A DNA stretch of 64,000 nt, taken from positions 2,768,658 through 2,832,657 of the forward strand of contig CAJINV010000006.1 in assembly GCA_905178155.1 (NCBI GenBank), read 5' to 3'. Positions 23,455 through 33,398 of the stretch are shown in pieces (positions within the stretch are counted from its first letter, which is position 1; each line of letters starts with the position of its first letter). A model generated the notes under the pieces. It was not told where the DNA came from and ran no database searches. It was given only the letters and a program-made list of their open reading frames with translations. Made by a program: the position numbers and the translations under genes. The stretch is from Amoebophrya sp. A120 (lineage: Eukaryota; Protista; Dinoflagellata).

Positions 23455-26400
23455 ATGGCGCTTGCAGGAACGTTTTCCTTGAAAAAATCGGCTCAGTCGC
23501 CCCTCATGAGGATCCTGACCCGGTGTTTCCTCACCTCCGGTTTCATCCTCTTTTTCCCGCTACAACCGGGTGCTGTTTTCGGGAAGGCGGTCGGGAAGGA
23601 ATCAGGCGCTAAGGAAGCGGTATTGCAGACGAAGCGAGCACAACATGCGATGAAGCGGAGAGGGAACATCAAGCTTCAAAAAAATGCCGCTCGCAGAAGT
23701 ACTACCAAATCCGCAGCGCCGACGCACTTTTGGGCGGGGAACGAGCAAAACGCGAAAAATTTGTTTTTGCAAACCGACCGGGCAATTGTACGTATTCCCG
23801 CCGTCGCGGCGCATCAGCAGACTGAAGAAACCAAGCGAATAAATCTTCGCCGCGATGGCAGCGAAACAAGCAGAAGGCCATCAACTACTGCTGCAAGCGC
23901 GTTTGTCGAAAAACACGAACAGCGCCGTCAGCCTAGTCTCGAGGACGCTGGGGATTTTCTGAGTGGAGTGGGAAACCGGGTCCAGGACGTGAAAGAGGGT
24001 TACAACACACTGAAAGGGCATTTGGACACTGTCGGGAACCACCTCAATACCGCGAAGGAGCATGTGCAGAACGCGACAGAAACCGTCCAGCACCACTACA
24101 ACGCGGCGAAGGAAAATTTCCAAAACGCGACAGAGACTGTCCAGCACCACTACAACGCGGCGAAGAAGCATTTCCAAAACGCGACAGAAACCGTCCAGCA
24201 CCCGTACAACGCGGCGAAGGACACAGTCAACGTCGGCTTGCACCACCTGAATAACGCGAAAAACAAACTCGGGGCGCTGCCGTCGGGGGACAGGGAGTAT
24301 AACGTGGGACAACAGTTTCAGCGGTTGGGCCGACACCTCAGGTATCGTGCGGGCTTCCACTGCGGCACGGACGTTATCACGGAGACGCTGAAGGTAGGAT
24401 TCCAGAGGAAGGATAAACTCCTGGTCGACTTTGACAACAGTCCGGAGAGTCCGTTTCGGCAGCTCAGTGAGTTTGTCGACGACTGCAGCCAGCCTCGGCA
24501 CTTCGAAGACGGGTCGGAGCCCACTTGCAACGCGAAGCTATCAACTGCAAAAATGTCTGGGTCTGGAAACTTGTGATGCTGCGTTGGGAATAGTGAATGC
24601 TCTGTAATGCACAGGCAAGCATGAGAAATATCTGCGCTTCTTTTTGTTGCGTTTTTCGCATGACAAACTGCATTTTTGCATGACAGGCAAAAGGCGGGTC
24701 TCTTCTTGGACACGCATCACAAACTTTTTGGTCATGCCAGACAAGCATGACAAACCTCGCAATCTTCCAGACCTCCCAGACACTTTTGCATTTGATAGAC
24801 GCGGTGGGACCAAAACTTCTGTCCGGAACTGCAGGCCGCGTGCGACGTGGAAGAGGAGGCGGAGGAGCACCAGCAGGCTGGAGCGCAGCAGGAGCAGCAG
24901 TATCAGAGGAAAAGATCCCCCCTCCCCATATCAAAACGAAATTTCTGATGCTGGATTTGCGTACACAAATCAAGTCTGTCTTGCAGTAAGGGACTGCAAG
25001 CCCATATCAAGCCTAAGTAGAAGGGTTTTGACGTAGGCGCGCAGCATGGCAAATGTGTACTCTGTAGGCCCCATAGCATCACAAACCGCCTGCATGATGC
25101 GGCGGAGTCGCTGGATTGTCTTTCTTGCAAGACAGACACGATTTCTGACCCCAAATCAGCATCACAAATTTCGAAGCGCCTGCGGAGGCTTGCCTTCCCA
25201 GTGATAATGGACAATGGCAATGTCGGTGCGGTTGTTTTAGCATCACAAATTTCGAAAAGTATACCTTTTCGATATGGGGAGGGGGCATTTTTCCTTGCTA
25301 GAAGCAGATCAAGAAGATTATGCCGAACTGCCAGTATTTGGATGACGATGACAAGGCCCTGCTGCTGGAACTGATGAGCGGTGACGAAGCCGGCTCGGGC
25401 GAGGAACTGACCGTGGCGGACCTGTACGCAGCCTGTGAAAAGAAGGAGAAAACGCCTCTGACCGACTTCACGCTCAGCAACAAGGAATTCCACATGTGCG
25501 GACGAAAGATGTGCGAGACGAAAATCCGCTGCGATACTGATGACCTCCAGCATTTCCAGAATTATCCAGGGCAAATATGTCTGGGCCTGGAAAAGTGGAA
25601 CTTGTAATGCGCGTCTTACATTTATGAAAAATCTGTGTTGCATGAGAAGCAAAAGAGAAGCTTCCTTTGTCATGCAAAAACGCAATTTGTAATGCGTCCT
25701 AGGCATTAGCAGGCGTCTCAAAAACTTGTCATGCTTGGCTGCCATTGGAAGCGCTTCAATCATGCGCGATTCAGCATCACAAGTTTCCAGACCCAGACAT
25801 ATTTGCACTCGATAAGAATTTGTGGGAGCTAATTCTCGGGATGAACATGACGGACAAGCTATTACAATGAAGAATGCCCCCACCCGCGAATTTGCAAAAG
25901 TTTGTCATGCAAAGTTTCCAAGTGAAAGCTTTTGGTCTTGCAGGAAAGGATTGCGAGCCTTTCTGATGCAGAATCTAGGTGCGTAAACTGCCTTGTGCAT
26001 CACAGATCCGGCTGCTGTTGGGCGCCTTCGCAACACAAATTCGACCTATTCAGCATGGAAAATTTGTGATGCTGAGATATGCAAGAAGGGAAATGTTTCT
26101 ATTGGAAATGTTTGCAATACAAATGCTGCCAAGTGTGGGGTGGGAGCATTTTTCATTGTAATACAAGCCGCGAGAATTTTTGTCCGAAGCGACCTTCAAA
26201 GAGCACCGGGGGAACAATGTTAACGGGGAAGTGCGGTCGCCCGAGCAGCAGAAATATGAACTGCAAAAGTATCGTACTGCTACTAGTAGTAATTGCAATA
26301 CTAATTAGCTCAGCATGACAAAGGGAATTTGTCATGCTGTTTTGCCTTGGTATGGAGATTTGTAATGCATGATTGCGATTACTACGAGTACGATACTTTT

Positions 26401-29400
26401 GCACAGGATAAGAAAGCGCTCACTGTGACGGAATTGGAAAACTACTGTGATTCGAACAGCTACTATGACAGTGCACAACTCGACGTCCCCCTTGTTCTCA
26501 TTTCTCATGCAAAACACCAATTCCACACTTTCCCGCCTGTCACTGTTTTGCATGACAAGTGCTGGTAGTAGCCCGAATAACACTACAGTCCAGTGCAAAT
26601 TTGTGATGCAAGACCGGCACTGTTGCTGATGCTTGTGCTGCCCTTCATGATATACAAAGGAGAGGGAGGGGGACGAGTTGTGCACTGTCATAGCTACTTG
26701 GATGTGGTCGACGGTGAAGACGGCACGCACTCTTTCCACGATTACTCGTTCTTGGAGGAAAATGAAAAAGCGTCCAGTGCAGTGGAGGTGTCGGGCAAAG
26801 ATTCCGGCCAGCAGCAGCAGGCTGGAGCGCAGCAGGAGCAGCAGACCAAGAAGATTATGCCGCACTGCCAGTACTTGGACGACGATGACAGGGCCCTGCT
26901 GGCGGAACTGATGATATGGAAAGAATAAAAGTGTTTACAGTTACACATTGTGTTCAAGGCCAAGCAATTATGCAGACAAGCTCTGTCAACATGCCGGATA
27001 TTATGCATAGGAACCTCGTTGTTATTCATACGTACTTTCCCTACTTATGATATCAGCATTGCAAGTTTTCTCTATCATACAGAGAAAAATTGTGTTGCTG
27101 AATTGACAACAAGTGTTGACTAACCGCAAACACTTTTTTTCTATGTTGGATAGATGAGCAGTGACGAGGCCGGCTCGGGCGAGGAACTGACCGTGGCGGA
27201 CCTGTACGCAGCCTGTGCAAAGGAGGCAAGCATGCGCTGGGCTCTGACCTCGAGTGACCCACGGGACTATCAAAATGAAAAATCCCCCCTCCCCATATCA
27301 AAAGGAAATTTCTGATGCTGGATTTGCGTACACAAATTACATTTGTCTTGCAGGAAAGCACTGCACGCAGACAGCAAGCCTAAGGGGGGGCCTCTTGGTG
27401 TAGGGGCCTAGCATGGCAGACGTCTGCCCTGTAGCCTTGCAGCATTACAAACCGCCTCCATATCGCGGCGGACTCTCTGGATTTGCCTTCTGGCAAGACA
27501 GACAGGATTTGTGGCCACAAATCTGCATTACAAATTTTCGGAAGGACATGTTTTCAATATGGGGAGGGGGGATTTTTCTTTGCAATAGGGACGAGAGTGA
27601 CTTCACGCTCACCGACGAGGAATTCTACTTTTGCGGGCGAAAGCTCTGTATCAAATGCAAAAATGTCTGGGTCTGGAAGAATGTAGACTTGTCATGCAGA
27701 TTTTCCATGACCCATGAGGTCTGGAATGCGGGACTTAGCATGACAGACTCTGCGAGGTCTCTGCCATGCCTATTCTGCATGAGAAACTCCGGCCCAACTT
27801 GGTCAAAAGTGGACAGCTTTATGGCACTCATGCAACACAGATTTTTGCATGCTTCAGATTTACCATGACAAGTTGCAATCTTCCAGACCCAGACACTTTT
27901 GCAATTCATACTCTGCGAGACGAAAATCCACTGCGCGAAGTACCCGCTTTTTCAGAATTTGTGGAAGCTAATTCTGGGGAAGAACAAAATGGATCCGTTC
28001 AAAACCAATTATGTGGCCGAAACGACATTCAAGCAGCACCTGGCGAACAAAAATGCCGAGCACGGAGCATGGGCGAACGTAAAAGATGAAGATCTCGCAA
28101 GTTATCATGCAAACGGTGGAATCAACTCAGTTTGGTACCGTGGAAAAGAACTGTACCTGCGGAATATTAAAGTGAAAAATGCCCCCACCCCCAAAGTCGC
28201 AAAAACTTGTGATGCAAAGTTTCCAAATGAAAACTTTTTGTCATGCATGAAAGAAGTATGAATCTTTCTGATGCAGAGCCTAGGCGTGTATCGCATCGCT
28301 TGCATGACAAGCGCCACTCTTGCTGGGGTCTTTTGCAATACAAATTTTTGCTATTCACGATTGGAAATCTGTGATGCTGATAGATGCAAGGGGGCGAGTG
28401 TTTCATTTGGAAAGGTTTGCAATACAAATGCTCCCAAGTTCGGGGGTGGGGGCATTTTTCATTTTGATACGGAACAATGTCACCGGATTTTCGCCTCCGT
28501 ATGCCAGAGAAAAAATCAAAATTTGGTACCGTGCAGTACAATGTCCTCGATATTAGGTGACACAAGAAAACTGCCGATATTTTTGAGATGAAATTTTGCA
28601 GTGCAGCAGACTTAGTACTCACACGCTTAGTACAAGAGCCCTTCGGCTAGTAGAATCCGGTCTTGTGTTGACTACCTTCCACAACCACGCTAGATCTGGT
28701 TATAATTGGATATCTTGAGGAGACGTAGAAGATCGTGCACAGGCGTTCTTGGTCCAGGCTTGGAATTATGCAACAATTAGATGTCAACATGCGTTTTATG
28801 TACTTAGTACCCGGTCCATTTTCTGCATTTTTCCTTATTTGTCGCATAATGAGCAGCAGAAAACGAAGCTGACCTTGACCGAGTTGGAGGACTACTGTGA
28901 AACGAAGGATTATGGGAGTGTCAGGATTGAAATCGTCACAGTTGAAAGAATTTGTCATGCATAAAATGCAGCCCACAAAGTGCCTGCCTTGCAGAATAGG
29001 CAAGTGAGGCAGATTGTAAGCCTGTTGAGGGACCTCCTGTGAAGGCCGTCGCCTGAGGAGATCTCCCGGTCGTAACGTGGGGAGAAGCAGGCCGCATGCT
29101 TATCAGGGCAAGCGGTTAGTAGATCTGGTAGGTTGAAAGAGTGGCCCCAGTGAATGAGGGCCGCCGCCTCTCATGATGTCACCTAGTAGACCATATATAC
29201 GCGCTGGCCTTGTTGTTCTGCGGAGAGCTAGCAGCAAGCAGCTCCCTGGCCCATGCGCTTGCGCTGCTGCGCAGGTCCGCAACAAAAAGGCACGCCGCCG
29301 CTGTGCTGTTTGTTGCCTGCCGCTCGGGTGCCGCAGCTGCACCTCGCGCGTCCGCGGGACGCGACCGGGCAGCAAGCCGAGTGGCACCGCCGACGAGCGC

Positions 29401-30932
29401 AGCTGCGCTACCGTTAGGGGAGCGCAGCCACCCAGATGGCTGGCCACCCCACCCTCCCGGATGCCGCCCCTTATCCGAGCTCGGCCAAGCCCATACCGAG
29501 AATTATAGCGCCGACCGTTGATAGTGCGCGGCCACCCGGTTGGTCGGTACTATGAAGAGCGCGCCACGACAGGCGAGCCCTGTGGCACCACTGAAACGGC
29601 CACACAGCAACACACTGGCGGCGCACAACCGCCCACGAGTTGAGCGCCCCCAGACATGCAAATGCTTGCTGTGGCTACGCAGTGCAATTCCAAATCGGAC
29701 GAAAATCAACGGCAGTCGTGGGGAGGTGTTGGTGTTCGCGAGGCACTACGTCCGACGCGCCTCCGAGCCGTGAGGGCACTCCTAGGGATAGGAGAGAGGG
29801 ACCGAAAGAGCACCTACTCCGGGTGCGAGAGATCCTGCCGTGACAGATCCTACGATGCACTGAGATCCAATGGGCCCCTTGTGCGTGCGATGTTTGTGCA
29901 CAGTGGTCGGCATCACCTGTGGCTTCGATAATAATAATAATAAGCCTGTTGAGGGGTAGAAACTGAGGTGCTAAAGTAGCATGACAAAAGGCGTCTTCCT
30001 TACCCAAACAGCGTTACAAACTGGATTTCGGTTCTACCCAAATTTGTCATGCGCCACTTGGAACCTGGGTTAGAACTTTCATCCATTTTATGCATTACAA
30101 ATTCTTTCAACTTTGTCGATTTCAATCCTGCCACATCCATAAGGATTACTATGCTAGTGGACATCCATTCGAAGAAGTCCCTCTCTTCAGCAGGCACGTA
30201 GTAGCTTCTGCATGACAAAAATAAATCTAGGCACGACCCACTGTACTACTGCTGTTTGGAGTTCTTGTGCTATAGGTTGTCACGCATCACTGCTTAGGGT
30301 TAGGGCGAAAAGGCAGCCGGCAGAATTTAAGTACTTCTTGCAATTTCATCCCATGGAAATTATGATAGACGCAGATGACGAGTTGCTGGTAGTGGGAGTT
30401 CGAGTTCTTGTCCACTTTCATACTTGCGCAGATGTGGTCGATGGCGAGTTCCCGATGTGGGCTATCACGAGAGCGTTTATGGAAAGAAAAAGACTGTGGT
30501 CAACATTTAGTGTGAGAAGTCTGTTTGCGATATTAATGCAGGGTTTTGCATGTAGTTGACAAGGACAAGCCCAACTGTCAGCACTGTTATAATATTGCAG
30601 TTGTTCTTTGTAATAGTAATGCTAATGCCCTGACGCCGACATCACAAACATGTACATGATAGCCCTTTGTCGATGGTGAATTCAGCACGCACCATCGGCG
30701 CATGAAGAGTCTTTTGTGTCATGCAGAGGAAATTTGCTGTTGCTGTAGCGTATGTTCATGCAAAAAATCCACACGAGCACAGTTCTTTTATGGCATACCG
30801 GGGGAGGAAGAACAACCATCATCCAGTGCGGTGGAGGTGTTTGGACCGTTCTACCCGACGGAAGAAACAATGCGAAAATTTTCGAAACGCAGAAAATGGC
30901 CAGCGTCGTCCCAACAAGTATTAGATGCTTGA
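23455..30932 (+). CDS. Putative secreted/surface protein with 18-aa tandem repeats and a duplicated Cys-containing domain, 14 introners
   Basis: Hydrophobic N-terminal segment. Frame stays open across all 14 junctions. Two copies of QQAGAQQEQQxKKIMPxCQYLDDDDxALLxELMSxDEAGSGEELTVADLYAAC...CGRKxCETKIxC...QNLWxLILG...ELExYC...DVVDGE...SSAVEV. The 3' end is uncertain. Confidence 0.7.
24052..24222 (+). repeat. About 3 x 54-bp coding tandem repeat (AKEHVQNATETVQHHYNA)
   Basis: Visible in both DNA and protein. Confidence 0.9.
24539..24797. mobile_element. Introner family A (reverse orientation of the 130-382 type)
   Basis: DR GAAGC/GACGC. Confidence 0.9.
24901..25302. mobile_element. Introner family D with internal insertion, ends AGA
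   Basis: DR AGCAG. Confidence 0.88.
25563..25814. mobile_element. Introner family A
   Basis: DR AGAAT. Confidence 0.92.
25860..26163. mobile_element. Introner family H (TIR TATTACAATGAAAAATGCCCCCACCC)
   Basis: DR CAAGC. Confidence 0.9.
26255..26410. mobile_element. Introner family B
   Basis: DR AGAAA. Confidence 0.9.
26464..26692. mobile_element. Introner family E
   Basis: DR GCTAC. Confidence 0.92.
26915..27152. mobile_element. Introner, degenerate G-like
   Basis: DR GATGA. Confidence 0.88.
27268..27587. mobile_element. Introner family D
   Basis: DR GGGAC. Confidence 0.9.
27649..27910. mobile_element. Introner family A (reverse orientation of the 15441 type)
   Basis: DR CTCTG. Confidence 0.92.
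28165..28469. mobile_element. Introner family H
   Basis: DR CGGAA. Confidence 0.9.
28500..28848. mobile_element. Old degenerate introner
   Basis: TATGC...GCATA with weak TIR. DR decayed (CTCCG/ATGAG) but removing ATA+5 restores the frame. Confidence 0.65.
28911..30141. mobile_element. Introner family I (TIR TATGGATGTGTCAGGATTGAAATCG) interrupted by a retroelement
   Basis: DR AGGAT. Both halves align with intact copies at 51285 and 56637. Confidence 0.88.
29032..29940 (+). mobile_element. 5'-truncated non-LTR retroelement (LINE 3' end or SINE) nested in an introner
   Basis: 15-bp TSD TAAGCCTGTTGAGGG (29017-29031, 29941-29955), (TAA)n tail, GC-rich body. Confidence 0.8.
30150..30422. mobile_element. 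Old introner, E-like TIR
   Basis: TATGCTAGTGGACA...TGTCCACTTTCATA, DR decayed ATTAC/CTTGC. Confidence 0.72.
30478..30797. mobile_element. Old introner, G-like TIR
   Basis: DR lost (GCGTT/CCGGG), ATA+5 restores the frame. Confidence 0.68.
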
Positions 30933-32262
30933 TGCAGAAGTACGAATGAAAGAATCTAAAGATAAATTAATAAGCGAGATGTCAATGTCATGGGTGTCGT
31001 GGACATTCTATTTATGTGCGCTAGTACCAAGAGCAGCAATCGAAAATCGACGACGGGCGGATCTAGCGCTGGTTACAGCACTTGTCGACGGAGCAAGCAC
31101 ACGCCTGCCACACTCTTCCGACCTGCGGGCGTGCGGAATAGTCCCGGACCGTTCCGAACTCGTCGACCCACAAGCGAAGGCACACTCTACGAAGACAGTG
31201 TCCATAGTCGCCCACACAGACGTAGGCACGACATTAGCCTGCGAAATGGAGAAAATGGGCAAAGGTATCCCGGTACTGGCGGCAAAGACCAACGGCGCGC
31301 ACCTCGAGACCGAGGAAAGAGAGGAAGAGCAGCGCTTTGCAGCCTACTGCAACAACGCGATAGTGCTTATGGATTCCATAGCGTCTTGGCCTCAAACGGC
31401 CAAGGTCTGCTTCCGGCTAGAAGACTACCGCAGGCTCTGGATCAAAACACGGGGCCCACTGCGCAGGGGTCTAGGGATTGTGCTCGCGCTGGTAGAAAGA
31501 ATCGAAGCGGTGCAAAAGCTCGGACACGTGGTAATAAAGCAGTGTAAGTACGACGCGGACGAAGACAGATCATGGGTGACTGCCACACCGCCCCCCGTGA
31601 TCTCTACCGGTCTGACGGTAGTGAATGTAGCTGACCACGACTGCTACGCTGACTGGCCCGCTTTTGACTATGGTGAAGATGCCTTCAAGTTCGAACCGGT
31701 ACAGCGTTGGCCGGAAATGAGCAGGCGCGAGCGCACGGAATTCCTCACAGCAGCATTGCTAGGCAACCAGGAGCAAGCGCAAAACCTGAGCGAGGCGGCC
31801 GCACACGGCGCACAGGCAAGCAGCGGCATACTAGCACGGGTGCAGGAAAAACAGGCCAAAGGGGAAGCTCAGCCATGGTGGGAAGAAAATGCCGATCAGA
31901 TAAAAAACAAATTCCACCCGCAAGGCTGGGACCACCTTGACGAGGACGCGCTCGCAAAGTCCCTTAGCAAGATGCTGGAGGTGGACGAACCACCTAGCGC
32001 GTCCAGCTCATCCTCCTCGAGCTCGGGGCCCCCAGGCACGAAAGGGACAAGGAAAAACCGCAAACGGGCGCGGAGCAACTCGGGGGACTGGGGTGAACTT
32101 CGAAGTCCGGAACCAGCGACGCCAGGAAACGACCCAGCACCCGAGCAGCAGGCGGCACAGGAAACGCAGGAGAGCCGGGAAGAGAGCCCCAAGATAGGGT
32201 CGCTTTTCCGCGACTCGCCGGGATCCAAGTTCAGACGAGGACCATGGAAGTCGCTTTTCTGA
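30925..32262 (+). CDS. Intronless 445-codon ORF of unknown function, possibly from a mobile element
   Basis: 1.3-kb uninterrupted ORF with no introners and no recognisable domain, followed by about 1 kb of non-coding DNA. Confidence 0.4.
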   Translation: MLDAEVRMKESKDKLISEMSMSWVSWTFYLCALVPRAAIENRRRADLALVTALVDGASTRLPHSSDLRACGIVPDRSELVDPQAKAHSTKTVSIVAHTDVGTTLACEMEKMGKGIPVLAAKTNGAHLETEEREEEQRFAAYCNNAIVLMDSIASWPQTAKVCFRLEDYRRLWIKTRGPLRRGLGIVLALVERIEAVQKLGHVVIKQCKYDADEDRSWVTATPPPVISTGLTVVNVADHDCYADWPAFDYGEDAFKFEPVQRWPEMSRRERTEFLTAALLGNQEQAQNLSEAAAHGAQASSGILARVQEKQAKGEAQPWWEENADQIKNKFHPQGWDHLDEDALAKSLSKMLEVDEPPSASSSSSSSSGPPGTKGTRKNRKRARSNSGDWGELRSPEPATPGNDPAPEQQAAQETQESREESPKIGSLFRDSPGSKFRRGPWKSLF

Positions 32263-33398
32263 GCAAGCAACTTGTTCTACTTCAAAAAGTAAACCTCTTC
32301 CAAAAAGCTACATCTTCAAAAAAGACACTACTTCTACCGCAAAACAGACACTACTTCTTCCACTTCATGAAACAGGGAAGCGATACTGTTTTACCAAGGA
32401 AAGCCAAAGAGCAAAAGAAAAACATAAGGCACCAGAAAGGGACCTACAAGCAGCCGGGCGCAGTTGTTCTGTTCGGCAAGAACGAGCGAAAAACCCAAAG
32501 GGCAAAGCCCAGGAGCGAAAACAAAAAATGCGTGTCAACGCACATGGCGCGCCCGTCCCTCCTACTCGTGTCAACTTTCCCCCTGGCGCAAGGTGGGACC
32601 TTGTCGCCAGGAGTTCTCCTTGTCTGCGCCGTCGCCAGTTCCTGCCGCGTGCTTACGGGTATCCCTGAGTGAGCGAATGGCCACAATTTGCATAATGCGC
32701 GGCTCCACGGCGTGGGGTTGTGCGTGGCAAAAAACGGACTACTTTACATGTGTTTTTGTATGGAGCACTCGTCCGCCCTTTTGCTTTAGCCGAAAAGGCG
32801 AATGGCAGCGATTTGAGGGCCGCTCGTTAGCTCTATGCGCTAGTACGCAAGTAGGCAAGTGAGTCGCGCTGTCTCCGGGGGGCGTTCCCTGGTCTCACTT
32901 TACAACCAAAAACTTAGCAGGGAAAGGATCCAAGTGCCGGATTGGGAGGTCAGTGCGTGCTTCTTCTGGCCAAGCTCGTCCAGAAGTAATCACTGACTGT
33001 GGGACGTCGTTCATGTATGTGCTGCGTCATGGTGCACGCAGTGGGTCCGGCGCTCGAGCTATAGTGACCGAGCCGTGGTGGAGCTTAAGTGCTCCCCGCG
33101 CCGGACCTAAAAAACAGGGCTTATTGCCTCGGCTCGGTCGCTGATCAGATCCGCCCTACGCTTATGCAGAATGCTACAGTGTGTGCGTTTTTGGTTCCCC
33201 CCTGAACGACGTGTGTGAGAGTGAGGCCCACACCCAAGTCCGAAAAAACCTAGCCTCATAACAGCCGCGCCCTTATGGTATAGATCAACTGTTCGTCATA
33301 GAGGATCGGCGTTCAGCTGCTCTCGGGCTGGAGGAGGGAGTAGCACGCAGCAGTCCGCTAAAGGGCACACTGCCAACATCATCATCAAGAGCACAAGG

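Noticed and set aside
32534-33298. Possible LTR (TG...CA) after the orphan ORF
   Set aside because: No second copy, primer-binding site, clear polypurine tract or TSD found.
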